DNA of 64,000 nt from Octopus sinensis (GCF_006345805.1 NC_043000.1:134664001-134728000); one strand, 5' to 3'; positions 49,500-63,339 are shown, numbered from the stretch's first letter. Notes: a model not told the origin generated them from the sequence alone. A program made the numbers and translations.

Positions 49500-50420
49500 C
49501 TAATACAAATTACACTGTTACTGAGACAATTCTCTCACCCATTTCTCTCTACTGCCCAGGTTGCACGCTCCATTCCAGTTCCACTCAAAGATATTATTTG
49601 TATGCAGAATCCACTCTCCTCACCACTCACCTGGACGTTGGCAACAAAAGCTTCCAGTTACTCTGGCTCAATTGTTTCCCTTCCACATTCTCCTAAATCC
49701 ATTTACCACTTTGCGACCTCCTCCAATCATCAGTAATGGTTAGGTTATCTCTCATTCTGCAGAAAAGACGTTGAGCTGACTTTACCATTCCCTGAAGTTC
49801 TCATCCTTAATGACTTTTAATATTTACAGCTCCTCCTCCTACACCAACCAATGCAGCCAGTGCCGAAGCCAAATCATTTACCATCCTGAACTCTCTACAC
49901 CAATTAGTATCAGCTCCAACACACACCCCTGACCAACACACATCATCATCATCATTTAGCGTCCGCTTTCCATGCTAGCATGGGTTGGACAGTTCAACTG
50001 GGGTCTGTGAAGCCAGAAGGCTGCATCAGGCCCAGTCAGATCTGGCAGTGTTTCTACGGCTGGATGCCCTTCCTAACGCCAACCACTCTGTGAGTGTAGT
50101 GGGTGCTTTTTACGTGCCAGACGGAGCTGGCAAACGACCACGGACGGATGGTGCTTTTTACGTGCCACCGGCATGGGGGGCCAGGCGAGGCTGGCAACGG
50201 CCACGAACGGATGGTGCTTTTTACGTGCCACCGGCACGAAACACTCTTGATCTTTTCTGAACTCCAAACCCTGCCTTTAGCAAACTATCACTGTCTCTGG
50301 ATTTATTGGATCATCCAACCACTGCACACACAAATCTGCAAGGCCCATCTCATCAACCCAATGGCACTTCAAATCAGCTGATTGGAGATTTATCCATTTT
50401 CATGTAATTAACCCAAGGTA
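49500..50420 (+). mobile_element. endonuclease-domain fragment of CR1/L2-group LINE, interrupted by a family-A repeat
   Basis: EVLILNDF...LHQLVSAPTH and, after the insertion, NTLDLF*TPNP. Confidence 0.6.
49943..50238 (-). mobile_element. family-A repeat nested in a LINE fragment
   Basis: Reverse complement match. Confidence 0.85.
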
Positions 50421-51077
50421 GCAATACAAGGGACGAAAACAATCCCTTTAGCCTTATCCTTTCAGATTTCTCACATAACCAAAGCCCAAATTATTTTGAT
50501 ATAAATTATAACTGTAAAGCTAGACAACTCCAAACATTCAATCCTAAGCTCCAGAAGAGAAAAATAATAAGAGTAATAAATGATTTAATTGAAACAGAAA
50601 GCAATTGGAAGGAGGAGGAGGAGTGATGAAAATTGAAAAGGAAATTGAATGAGAAAGCACTAATGTGTTGCAACAATGTTCTCCCACGTTATCAGACAAA
50701 CTGTGAAATGCATAACATTAAATAATCTGATTGTATGCATCATCAAAACAAACACTGCAACAGTGATTGATTTAATGCCTTTCAGAAAAAAAAAAAAAAA
50801 AAAAAAATTCTGAAAATAGCATATTAAGGGCAAATATATGCAAATATCGAGGGATTATTTCAAGTTTCTGATCCACTAGTTTAAGAGACTGACAAAATAC
50901 AATCTGACAAAAAAAAAAAAAAAAAAAAACTGTCTCGTGAAATTAAACAAAATTGATGACTCTAGTAGATTTATTGGGATGATCAGATCTAAATTGCCAA
51001 TATTTGAAGGGAAAATGTATGTATATTCAAGAACTAATTCTTGTAAGTTATTTCAGTAGATGTTTTTAGACTGTTAA

Positions 51078-51299
51078 CCCTTTCGTTACCAACCCGGCTG
51101 AAACCGGCTCTGGCTCTTTAGTACAAATGTCTGGTTTTCAAAAGTTCTGAATTAAAATCTTCCACAAAACCTGAGTCATAATTTACATCCCTAACTCTAG
51201 CCTAATGATAACGATGTTATTTTACTAAATTCTTTGTTATATTTAAAATTAATTGAAAGAAACACAGAGCTTCTCAACAGAAATATGGTAACAAAAGGG
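51078..51299 (+). mobile_element. piggyBac-like MITE family D
   Basis: TTAA TSD, same TIR and body. Confidence 0.85.
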
Positions 51300-52041
51300 T
51301 TAAAGGTCCTATATATTGTTGCTAGTGCTTGGGCGCATGTCTACCCTGATTGAACTGATCTATTATCAGACTAATTCCAGCTATGACTACAACATCATAT
51401 TTTCAGACAGTATCCAATGTGTCTTGCCTTGTTAAAAATGGTAGGATGTAATCTGAAGAAGAATTAGCTGCTATTTCTAGCAGGTTCGGCAACCACTCGG
51501 TCTCCTCCTTTAATTTGACACTCCTACAATTGTGGCCAGTCTTATTTCTTTCAGTGAAAGTAGTTAGTTGATAGCAGTAGTAATTCTATTTAAAAAATCT
51601 ACCACACCAGCTTCATCCTATAAAACACTAAGCAAAACCCACTTGAGGTGAAGATTTGTCAAGAGCACTAGAGAAGAGCGTTAATAGCAAGTTATTAAAA
51701 GGCCAAAAGGTGGAGTTCTTAAATTTTCCACTAATAATGTGATTTGAAATCTAAACCTAACGATATTATCGTAAATTCCGTTTTCTATGCTGGCATAGGC
51801 TAGACAGTTTGACAAGAGCTAGTAAGCCAAAGGACTGCATCAAGCTACAATGTCTACACTAGAATGCTTTCTAAAACTGGATGCCCTTCCTAATGTCAAC
51901 CACCTTACAGAGTGTACTGGGTGCTTTTTACATGGTACCAATATACATTAATACCAAACTATGAGTAAGTATTCTGTATGTGTTCAGACAGTTTTCACAA
52001 ATTAATCTAAAAGAAATGCTTTTTCAGCAGCTTATACTCAC

Positions 52042-52150
52042 AGTTCCACCAACTATTCTGCCTAAAGGATACCAGGCTCGGTCATCAAACCAATTAAGAA
52101 AATTGTAGAACCCATTGCTGACCATGTAATGGGTTGACCGGTAATTAAAC
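52042..52150 (-). CDS. STT3B: STT3B exon (first in window): (W)[36 protein letters not shown]
   Basis: 109 nt; acceptor ttgcag, donor gtgagt; conserved STT3 peptide. Confidence 0.96.
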
Positions 52151-52468
52151 CTGCAACAAAAACAAAAAAATATTAAGGAAAAAAAAAATCAGAGGTAATA
52201 AACAAAATATTAAAAAAGCAAACAAAAATACTGAAAGCATTAAAGAGTAACAAATTATTGCTGCTGTTAAAAGAAAACCTTAAAAACTAGGTACATGCAA
52301 TTTTATACACATCACATGTTCATACCAATGAAGTCTCTTTTGCAATATCAGTGTGCAACAGGAAAAACTGCATATTTTTAGGCCAGTTGTAATGGTGTCT
52401 TCATTTTTTTTTTTATTGTTATTACCATCATGTTTTGGACTGGTGCAGTCCATGTATTTGTTGTTTAA

Positions 52469-52688
52469 CCCTTTAGCATTCAAACTGGCCATATCCGGCC
52501 AAAATATTTAACCTGTTTTATATTGAAACTGACCAGATCTCACCTCTCACCTCAGCCCTACCATGTCATTCTAAAACTAAAAAATCACATCACTGAAATC
52601 TCTAAACTACAAGATAATGCAGGATTAATTCAAAACAATATAAATAAACAAACATCACATCTGACAGAATAATCTGAACACTAAAGGG
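52469..52688 (+). mobile_element. piggyBac-like MITE family E
   Basis: TTAA|CCCTTTAG...CTAAAGGG|TTAA. Confidence 0.82.
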
Positions 52689-52863
52689 TTAAACACTTAT
52701 CAAGAATGGTGAATTGCTAGCAGAAGTAATAGCTCCTTGGACGTTTTCCAACCCAATCGTACACTAGCTACTATGCCTTCAGAACATCCTCTTTCACTAC
52801 TGATCATATCACCTGGATAACAGAAACTGTCAACTACTTCTAGGGAGCTTCTGGGCATTTTAA

Positions 52864-53086
52864 CCCTTTAGCATTTAAACCGGCCATACCCGGCTATAAG
52901 TATTCTCCCTGTTTTATGTTCAAAATGGCCAGATCTGGTCTTTCACACCAACCCTACAATATCATTTAAAAAATTAACAGCTACCTCATCAAAATCTCAA
53001 AGCTACAAGGTAATGCCTGATTAGTTCAAGGCAATGTGGATGAAAAAACCTTAATTTTGGTAGAATAATGCAAACGGTAAAGGGGG
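52864..53086 (+). mobile_element. piggyBac-like MITE family E
   Basis: TTAA|CCCTTTAGCATTTAAACCGGCC...GGG|TTAA. Confidence 0.8.
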
Positions 53087-53839
53087 TTAAAGAATTCATT
53101 TCATGGGTTTCCATAGCACTAACTCCTCTTAAACATCTGACACATCTGAAATCTACTTCCAGTCAGTCTGAACTGTGACCCAATTGCATGTTGTGCACCT
53201 GCACTACACAGTAAACAATAGCTTCTTAGCTATGTTTCCTGCATATCAAGCATAGTTACTTCCCAGTCTTTCTTATTGACTAAGACTTTTGCTTAGCAAG
53301 GTTTACATTTAAATGTCTTTATTCTTGGCTCTGCTTCCATATTTGAAACTTTTCCACTACGACTAGTTTGGCTATGAGAACTAGGTCATTGACACACACA
53401 AGTTCCTGCAGTGTGACAGACTTGAACTATTTTGTTATGGCTTGGAGAACTTTAATAAAGAGGAGACAGCCAGGAACTGAGTGCTGATGAACATGTACAT
53501 CCACACTGAACTCCTTTCTGATCTATTTAAATGTCAGCTGACTGACAACAATGCATTAAAAAAAAAATGTACAAAGGCTTATATGGCTCTGATAAATCAC
53601 TCCATATCCAATCCACTGAGCGACTATCAGACAACAGGTTGTAGGACTCTATCAAAGGCTTTTTCACTAAATGCCAGCTGTCGTGATTTATTTTTAGCTA
53701 AAAACAAACCACCCATAGTTGGCATTTGTTAGCGTGATTTTAATTAAGTATCTCGTGGATGTCTTGCTAAGAGGGCATCTGTTGTTCCTCTTTCTAGCAC
53801 ATACCTGAATTACATCTTATCTAAGATAATTCTCTTCCT

Positions 53840-54480
53840 AATTAGTTATACTATTCCTGTCTATATATATATATATACTTACATGCAAACACTTCCTGTA
53901 TCTTCATTACTTTGATGTTCCTGTTAATTGATCCCCTGTAGAACATCTTTGCCCTTGTAACAGCTGATGATGATACTTGCTATACCAGTCATTGAAATTG
54001 ATATTTCATTGACTATGCAAGTGACTATTAAATCTCATAATTCCCCAGTGGCCTTTTCTGCCTTCATATCCTTATTGATTCTTTCAACCACATAGTGTCA
54101 ACTTCAATCTCTGAGCCTTCACTTGAGTCTACTTCAAGTAAACCCCTTTTCTCTCATGCATTCTCATGGTAACATTTCCAAGTCTCTTTCTTCTTGCTAT
54201 CACTGGGCGCAAGTATGTTGCTGTTATAACATACAATTTTTACATCAATGATGTTCCAGTTAATACTGGCACTGCTTTGTAATCCAGAAAACTTCATACC
54301 TCTAACTGTAACATTACAGAGCATTGGCAAACCTATTTTTAGTTTCTCATCTTGCTAAGTATATCTGACATCTAGTCCTCTTCCAATCATCTAATATTGT
54401 ACCATTCTCCTAGCTTCCATTTTATCCAGCCCTGTTTTTAAATTTTTATTGGTCTGGTTACTGTACCATTTTACCTTCTA
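53840..54480 (-). mobile_element. degraded RTE LINE fragment
   Basis: Minus-strand SIIISCYKGK.DVL motif at ~53930-53985; many stops. Confidence 0.6.
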
Positions 54481-57374
54481 CCATATCATTTTCTACTTGA
54501 CTGAAACCTTGCTCCATCCAGAGATCTGGTCTCTGTTTTACAGTAAGGTTGTCTTGTATAAATTCCCAGCCACACACACACACACACTGTGTCCACTACT
54601 CACAAAAAAATGAATAGCAAGAAAGTGAATCATTGGCTTTGAAAGAATATAAACTTCAAAGATCACAATGTTAATTTTTAATCTTATAAAATACCACCAA
54701 CCAAATATGAATGTTGGAAATTTAACATTAGATGAATAATGCACATTTACATGATAAAGAACTATCTTTTTCTTTTATGTCCATGTTAGTATTTAGCAAT
54801 CCTGAATAAAATCAAATTTAATATGTGTAATTAATATACAATATTATGGACTAATCGTTTAAAAAATTGTTGACATTTATGTGTTCCATCCAAAGGTTGT
54901 CGCTATACTGGGGCACTGAGGTAGTGTTAAACAAAAGCTGAAAACAGATTCAGAAATTCTGAACAAAATCATGTCTTACACACACACACAAAAAAATTCA
55001 AACAGAAGATTCTATCTCAACTGTTCTTTACGATTTTTAGCGGTTTTTACATCAAACTGAAAATTCCAACCAAAACTGTTAACATTTGATAAAAGTAAAA
55101 CAAAGAACAAACATTTAAGATAGTCATCAGAGGAAGAGAGTGTAAGTGCGTGTGCATATCATGAGATAAAAATATAATAGACTGGCTTAGAAATTTGTTT
55201 TCTTGAATTAACAGATAAAAAGATATATTAGCAAGCGAATTGGTGAAAAAATTGAAAGACAACATAAAAAGGTTTAAAAAAATACTGACATCAGTTTCTT
55301 TTTTAATTATGTGAATGTATGGTGTGGGTGATACTAATGATAACAATTAGAGTGATGAAGAAAGTTGAAAGAAGATCACAGATGATGTTGGATTAAAGAA
55401 AATCATTTGTTTGAAATTTAAAGTAGTATTTCAATACCTTGTCTCTACAGCTGGTACAAAATAACTCAGTAATCCTTTATTTGTTGCTTAGTTATCTAAC
55501 TACACATTTTGGTTGTTAGCAGCCCTTCACTAAGTGTCTAATCATTGTTCTAATTATCACTCAAAAATAGGTCATGTTATTAAATCCTAATTGTCCAATT
55601 TCATGTGTTAACATTATTTAAGCACTTTCAAAAACCATTACCTATTTTGAAAAATTTACCCATTCATTCTCATAAAGATCTATTAAATAACATTTTATTT
55701 CTCAATAATAATATTTATTCTATTTGTGTAATGATGATATATGTGGAAATATCAACATGGGCGAATGCTATTCAATGACAATGCACCTATGATCTTATCT
55801 AACAAAATGTCTCTCCTGCTTTCCAAGAAGCTTGTGTCCATTAAATACCACATCCTAAATTGAATACATTCACTGCCAGTGCAATATAATTCTACTTCCT
55901 ACATTCATGAAAAACCAAAAAAACAGAACAAAAAAATCCCCAAAACAAAAACAAACAAACCCTTATCTGCTGATTTGCTTCAAAAACCCTCATCACTAAT
56001 TGGCACCAAATTTTACCAAATCATCCATAACTTGGAATTCTGTTCACAGAGACATACCTTAGAACTAATACAGTTTGATCAACTAATTTTGCAATTTTAC
56101 AGCTGGAATACAAATAGCATTTTAAATTTACTCTATTAAATTTGTTTATATACAATTGATTATTTAAATGTGTAATGTGTTTTGTACTGGTTTGTCCTGT
56201 GGAAGGTAATGTGCCTGTGGCCTTTGCAGGCCTTCTGACTGGTCTCAAGGAGCCTTACAAAGAGAGAAACAAGAGAAAGTTAATGGCAAAACCATTTAAT
56301 ATTTCTCTTGAACAGTTGCAAGTCAGTGGCTGCAGGGAAGGAATATCAGAGACCTGGCATTTTAAGGAGGACAATCTGGGATAGTGATGGCACTGGGGTG
56401 GGTAATGGTGGACATAACACAGCTGACAAGAAAAAAAAAAGATGAGAGAGAGAGGAAAGAGTGGATCAAGAATATCTGAGTGGAGGTAATACAAGAGCAG
56501 CCAGCTCTGAGGAACAGAGGCTGCTGTACTAGCCACAGAAAAGAGACAGGACAGACAGCACATCTGTGGTCCAGAGGTTGAAGAGTATTTGAGAGTGACT
56601 GCATGGCAAGCAGTTGAATGTGCTTTCTTTAGATGCTGTCTAGGATGTTGGTGTGTTGTAGTAGCATTGTCCCAATTGTGAAAGCAGTACTTTATTGTGG
56701 GTTTCCCTGAAATTTGTAGAGGATTAACAGTTGTTGGCAGTGAAGCTGAAGTATTTTCTGGCTCTGAAGAGAAAGAAGTCCTTGAGATGCAATATTTGCT
56801 ATGTTGTGAATGTGCATTTGCCAGGAAACATCCTCAATGATAATGAGGTGTAGAATTCAAAGCAATTGTATGTGTTTTAGCTGTAAGCTGTTCACGTTCA
56901 GTTGGTGGGTAAAGTGTGATAATATTTTCTTGATATCTGAAGTGATTGTGTATTTTTTGCTGCTGAGAGAGATGGGATTGGCACAATCCATCACAGAATG
57001 TTTTTGAGATCTCTGTTCATAGAGTCAATGCAGATTTGGGATGGGGGGACAGAGTCTAGGTTACGTGTGAAACATTAGGTAAGCGTGCATAGAAGTTGAA
57101 TTAGCATGTAAGTCATTGATATATAGGAGGAAGAATGTGGAGGACAAAACTGGATCCTAGAGCACACCAGAGTTTATAAAATATGCATTAGAGAGCTCCA
57201 TCAGTATATTCTATAACAGAGTAATCTAACAGGAATCCACTAATCTACGAAATGAGAATATAGATGGAGCCTTGAATCAAATTGACAAGAGGTTGGCATA
57301 CCAGATACATTTGAAAGCCTTGCTGAGGTCAAAGGCAACAACTGCTCTCATGAAATTTCTTGAAAGAACCCATG

Positions 57375-57567
57375 GTGAGTGAGTGAGTGAGTGAGTGAGG
57401 AGTGAGTGAGGAGTGAGTGAGGAGTGAGTGAGGAGTGAGTGAGGAGTGAGTGAGTGAGTGAGTGAGTGAGTGAGTGAGTGAGTGAGTGAGTGAGTGAGTG
57501 AGTGAGTGAGTGAGTGAGTGAGTGAATGAGTGAGTGAATGAGTGAGTGAGTGAGAGAGAGAGAGAGA
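57375..57567. repeat. (GAGT)n microsatellite with an 11-bp variant unit and (GA)n end
   Basis: Direct reading. Confidence 0.95.
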
Positions 57568-57774
57568 GAAAAGGTAGCACTGGGCACATTGCTTGAGGGT
57601 AATGGAAATGACATTGTTAGGGGCTATAACCTTGTAGGCTTTTGCACTTAGGGTGTATGTGTGGATGGAAGAGAGCCAGACAGAGTGGAAAAAATAGTTT
57701 TGGGGGAGATTTAGCAAGTCTGTGTTCAGTATGGAATTAGGTGAAAAGCAAGCAGCAAATGTGGGAGATTGGCT

Positions 57775-58078
57775 TCCCATGGTGGTGGCATGTAAAAAGC
57801 ACCATCTGAACATGGTCAATGCCAGCTCCACCCTCACCCCCACCACTGGCTCCTGTGCTGGTAGCACATAAAAAGCACCATATGAATGTGGCTGATGTCA
57901 GTGACATGTATAAGCACCCACTACACTCTCGGAGTGGTTGGCATTAGGAAGGGCATCCATCTGTGGAAACATTGCCAGATCAGACTGGAGCCTGGTGCAG
58001 CCTCCCAGCTTGTCAGTCCCTAGTCAAACTGTCCAACCCATGCCAGCATGGAAAATGGACATTAAACAATGATGATGA
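57775..58078 (+). mobile_element. family-A repeat nested in the long LINE remnant
   Basis: Consensus match; further diverged copies at ~79-215, 22620-22960, 24890-25050, 29006-29400, 34468-34700, 46540-46714, 48770-48915 and 51775-51940. Confidence 0.8.
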
Positions 58079-59449
58079 GCACTGCTGATGGAACCAACAT
58101 GGTTAAGAAAGATTCTACAAAGTTAGTAAAGATCTTTGTGACAAGGGAACAAAAATATTAGCTGTAGTTTGAAAGGCAAGAGTACCCATGGACTGCACAA
58201 TACAAAGAGGTATATTTTGCAGTTCAGATGGCCTTGCTAAAGCTGCAGTACTGAGTAAGAACCATCCAGTTAGTAAGGTGATTTTCTCCAAGTGATGCTG
58301 TCTGAATTTTTTTGCTTAAATCAATGCAGTAAATCTGTGAGTAAATTACTTGAAGAACTGAACTAAGAGTGTGAGTTTTGATTGTAGATGTTGAGGAACA
58401 TGTCCAAGAGAATGATGTGGGTCATGCACCTGTTGCTGATGTATCAGAGTGAAATACGGGCTACTAGAGATAGCATAGAACAGGTTGGTCCTGACCACTT
58501 AGCTGATTTGAAGTGCCATTGGATCAGAGAAGACAGTTATGGTCTGGTAGAGGTTGGGTTGGGTTTGGTAGCATGAAAGAGACCAAAGAAGTCTGGTGTG
58601 TCTGTGTTAGTCTCTGTTGTGCAAAACTAGCTGATGTTGTGAGTTGAGGATTGTGAAAGATTTGATTTTTGCAATGACAGCATCAATATAAGATGTGTGT
58701 GAGAGCCAAGAAGAGTTGCAATCCTTGAAATCACTGAGGATGATGACTTGGGGATGGGGGAAAAAAGTGAGACAACTCTCCTAACTGTATGAAAAAATAT
58801 AGTAGAAGAATTAGTGGTTGGAGGCATTCACAAAGCAATAAGAAGAACAGAGCTGTTTATGGGAATGAGACAGGAAAACTTTGAACTAAGGTGTCTGGAA
58901 GATTTCTGATATTCAGTGGAAAGATGTGAGTGGTGGGGAGAATGAAATCTACATATGCACAAGTATCACTTTTCAGAATGAAGTCTGAGTAAAGGGTGTA
59001 GCCTAGACAGCAGAGATATATTATGGATAAGGAGGAGTTGGGAGATTTGTACCATGGAGAATATATCTGGGTTGCATGTTAGTAAGAGGTGATGTATTGG
59101 GTCTAGGTTGAATCAGTCCATAGATGATAGGGAAGATGAGGAAGAATTGCCAAATAGATTTAGTATTAGCTTTTGGCAAGGGAAATGTTGAAAATGTTAG
59201 TTCACAATGAGATTGCAGTAAGCCTTTGTTGGGAACATTTATCTGGATGTATGTAATAGAGCAAACTACATTAAAGGTACTCTTGAGCCAGGTGGTAGTA
59301 TTAAACTAGGCAGTGTCATTTGCCTACCACTCTAAAAATGGAAAAAAGTGAAAGGAATCTTCTATGCCACACTATTGTCAATGGCAGCAATGGCTCGAAT
59401 CCAAGGATCGATTTCTGACCAGTGCTGTTTCCATGTGGAGCCAGAAATA

Positions 59450-60374
59450 TAGGGATTGGACAAAATAATGGAAACACTTATTAGCATCATAATTTTGAAA
59501 TATCTATAAAATCGTCAAAAGCTTGTTTATTCTTATGTTTTTTGATTTATTATTAGTGTTGCTTAAGCTTAATGACCACCTCTAGAACCCAGTTTCCACA
59601 AAAACTGTTCGCTGGGAGCTGCACAAAACCAAATTTCATGGGAGGGCCGCAATCAGAAAACCACTACTTTCAAAAACAAATGTTGCAAAGCATTCAGAGT
59701 GGAGTAAAAACCTACAGAATTGCTCCCTAAAGCAGTGGAAGAATGTTATTTTCTTGGACGAGTCATCCTTTACCTTATTTCCGACTACCAGCTGAGTATA
59801 TGTGTGGAGACAGCCAAAAAGAAGCATTTCACCCAGACTGCCCTCTTTCAGAAGGAGGATCTGTGATGATCGGGGTGAGTGGAGCTAAATCTTGGAAATT
59901 CACCGGCCCAATGGTTTCTCTTCATGGCAGAATTATTAGTCAAGACTATTTAAGCATTTTATCAGATTAAATTCGTCCTATGGTTGTGGAACTGTTTCTG
60001 TAGGGAAACGCAATCTTTCAGGATGGTAATGTACCAATTCACACAGCTAAAGTTGTTACTGAATGGCATTCTAATGAAGTTGAACATCTTATCTGGCCCC
60101 CACAGTCCCCAGATCTCAATATTATTGAACATTTAGGGTGCACTTTAGAAAAACAAGTAAGGAGTCGATATCCTCCACTATCATCACTACAAGAACTGGA
60201 GACTGTTTTTAGCAGAATAATGGACAAAAATTCCTGTGGAAACAATTCAAACTTTGTACGAGTCCATACCTCGCAGAATTCAAGCTGTAATTACTGACAA
60301 AGGCGGCCCTACCCCATATTAAAATAAATTTGTTTGAAATTTTAAGGTGTTTCCATTATTTTGTCCAATGCCTG
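59450..60374 (+). mobile_element. Tc1-type element with internal deletion
   Basis: TA-flanked TIRs (AGGGATTGGACAAAATAATGGAAACAC / GTGTTTCCATTATTTTGTCCAATGCCTG); FLDES, FQD then 34 residues to E (WPPQSPDLNIIE). Confidence 0.9.
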
Positions 60375-61224
60375 TAAATAACCATGTACCTTATACTCTC
60401 CCAGGGCATTGTTGAGTGTTGCCAACTAAAGCAACTCCTCTCTTTGAGTATGTCTCCTTGGGAAGGGTGTGATGAGTACCCAGCAGAATTAAAAGCAACA
60501 TCTGTCAAAAGCAAGCCACAGGTTGTCTCTCCCCCATCAACCTGCAACTCCACAACAGTGGAAGAAGAACCTCTCATATTGTTAGATGTTTTCAAGGGCT
60601 TATGCCTGCAGATGAAGAAAATGCCAGATAGACTGGCTATGAAGGTGCAATTCAACTATAACTTAGAATCTGCAGCAGGCTGTTGCAGTTTCATATGTAG
60701 ATGATGCCTGTATCATGCATAATGTGCTGTAAAAGGTCTTGATATCACAGTGTATGGGTCACCTCCGGGCAAGTTGTGATCCAACTGAACCAAACCCAGG
60801 CCCTATGAAAAGCTCATACATTTCATGGGTACAGTTAATATATATATATATGTATAAGCCCAGATTTTATGGTTAAGAAGTTTGCTTCTCAACCATGTAG
60901 TTTCTGGTTCAGTCAAATTGCATAGTACCTTGGGCAAGCTTCTTCTATAATAGACCTGAGCTGAACAAAGCTTTATGAGTGGATTTGATCTGGTAGATGG
61001 AAACTCAAAGAAGCTTGGCATGTAGTCAATGTGTATGTGTATTTTGTGTTTCCTTGTCTTTACAAATGATGCTGTGAAAATGTATCCAACCATGAGGAAA
61101 TATTACCCTGTTTGGAAACAGGTGATGCTTAATGACAAGAAGGGCATTTGAATGCAGAAAATCTGCCTCATGCAAGCATGGAAATAATATTAAAAACTAT
61201 GATAGATATACAGTTGTGTGTGTA

Positions 61225-61255
<31 letters not shown>

Positions 61256-61956
61256 TTGATTGATTTAACTATTGATATACGAGCCTCTCTTTACAGTTAT
61301 ATAAAGCAGATACACAAACACATGAACATTACATAAACATACATACAAACACCAATCTTTCTTTGAAAAAAAAAAAAAAGAAAAACCCTCCTAAAACACC
61401 ACCTGAAAACACCATCAAACTGTACACAATAGAAAACAATACTATATGCACTATCAAATGTTTCCAGAACTGCAGATGTTCAGTTACAAACTTCAGTAAA
61501 CAACAATTTTCTGCTTTTGTGTTTTGATTTGTCTTTTTTTAATACATTAGCAATAATAAAGAAATAGAAAGAACGGTTGAGGGAGAAGAAATACAGAGTA
61601 AGTAGTTAATATCTGTGAAGTTACTTTATATAATCTATAAACAGAATTAGGAGAGGATTAAAATTTTTTTTAACATGTGCATTTTTAGTTAGTGTCATCA
61701 ATAGATTTCAGTTAGCAATCAGGCTTTATTTTTTCTAAGTCAAATTTCCCAGTTTTTGCTTTATCAGCATTGCAAGAAGCAGTTTGTGGTATAAAATTCA
61801 GTAATTTTAATTAGATAACGTTCCACCTGGAATTTTTTAATATCCATTCTAAAATGTTAAGATTTGATCATGGGAAATATTGTACAGAAGACCACTTCCA
61901 TATTTGAAGAGCCACCAAGAAAGCACAGCAGCTCAGTTCATCAGTGTTTGTGTCAG

Positions 61957-61995
<39 letters not shown>

Positions 61996-62179
61996 GGTTT
62001 GTTTTGTGGTTATTCATGATTTCAGGTTATTGGGAATTCTGTGGTAGCAGAAAAGTTAGGGGTTGAAGTTTTGCTGATTTATCTTTGAATAAAAACAATC
62101 ATTTGCATGTTCAGTATCAAATGTTTAGATGTTAGGATATGGTCTCCTTTCAGAAAAATTCTAGGTATTTGAAGTTTAA

Positions 62180-62389
62180 CCCCTTCGTTACCAACCTGGC
62201 TGACACCGACTCTGACTACAAATGTCTTATTTTCATAAGTTTTCAATTAAAATCTTCCACCAAACCTTAGTCACAATTGATGTTCCTAACACTAGCTTAA
62301 TGATAACCAAGTAATTTTACTAAATCCTTTGTTATATTTAAAATAATTGAGAGAAACAGAGCATCTCAAAATAAATAGTTACGAAAGGG
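62180..62389 (+). mobile_element. piggyBac-like MITE family D
   Basis: TTAA TSD, same TIR and body. Confidence 0.85.
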
Positions 62390-62499
62390 TTAAACATGAA
62401 CATTATTTGAATTAGAATTCAAATTGCATTCCTGTTCCTTCTGTCAACTTCACAGGGCCAGAGAAAACACTGATCAACAGCAATCACACAACATTTTAA

Positions 62500-62720
62500 C
62501 CCTTTAGTGTTCCCGTCATTCTGCTAAAATTGAGGCTTTTTTATCCATGTTGTTTTGAACTAATAATGCATTATCTTGTAGCTAGGAGATTTTGATGAGG
62601 TAGCTGTTAATTTTTAAAACGATATTGTAGGGTTGGTGTAAGAGACCAGATATGGCCAGTTTGAACATAAAACAAGCAGAATACTTTTGGCCGGATATGG
62701 CCGGTTTAAATGCTAAAGGG
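62500..62720 (-). mobile_element. piggyBac-like MITE family E, reversed
   Basis: Reverse complement of the 52864-53086 body; TTAA at both ends. Confidence 0.82.
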
Positions 62721-63339
62721 TTAAAGTTGGTTCTCAAAGGTAATTGTGTATCAATAATTGGGTAGCACTGTATTTGGAGAATATATTTAGCTAATCCTAC
62801 ACACAACTGCTTTTCTTCCAAAATATTATAACAAGCAACCTTCTCAGAAGTTGCTTATTCTTAGAATTCATTTCAAGTTAATGCAATTATCAACTTCTAA
62901 TATTTTTAACAGAATATTAATTACATTTTTATGTAAGTTTTGTATCTTTCTATTCTAGAAAACCTCAACAAAATAAACAAAACAATTATTTTAGTGTTTC
63001 TCTTACAGTATTTTTCATTCCTTGGAGGTTTAAACCTATACCATATAATTATACTCCCCAGAAAGATATCATAAGTGAAATGGTAAATAATATCAGTATT
63101 ACATTAGTTGAAATCAAGCATACCTAGTTTAATGATAAAAATATCAAACACAGCTGAAAATACACAACGCCCAACTCCAGATTGCAGTATCACTACAGTG
63201 TATGTTCCCTGCATAGCCAGAGTACTGTATTTGATGGCATATAAGATGTACTTTAAAAAGTTTTTAAAAAAAAAATCCAAAAAAATCACTGGAACTTGGT
63301 GCAGTTCTCCAGCTTCAGTCTAACCATCTAATCTATACC

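Larger units (their letters stand above)
5864..52150 (-). other. STT3B: STT3B-like gene span (16 coding exons in window; 5' exon(s) outside window)
   Basis: 16 exons splice in frame with GT-AG junctions. Product has [25 protein letters not shown] and DDINK motifs. [19 protein letters not shown] and NNSHIAL match the STT3B rather than the STT3A paralogue (from knowledge of the human proteins). Confidence 0.96.
56330..59230 (-). mobile_element. long degraded CR1/L2-group LINE ORF2 (endonuclease, RT and C-terminal remnants), interrupted by (GAGT)n and a family-A repeat
   Basis: Minus-strand remnants AVVAFDLSKAF..WYANLL (~57290-57350), INSGVL*DPVLSSTFFLLYINDL (~57105-57180), LCSSELAALV (~56490-56520), VIILSDF (~58720-58745). 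Confidence 0.75.

Noticed and set aside
5864-52150. Assignment as STT3A
   Set aside because: Diagnostic peptides ([26 protein letters not shown], basic C-terminal tail) fit STT3B.
57277-57867. 196-aa ORF with (SLTH)n
   Set aside because: Fusion of a family-A repeat, (GAGT)n and an RT remnant; not a gene.
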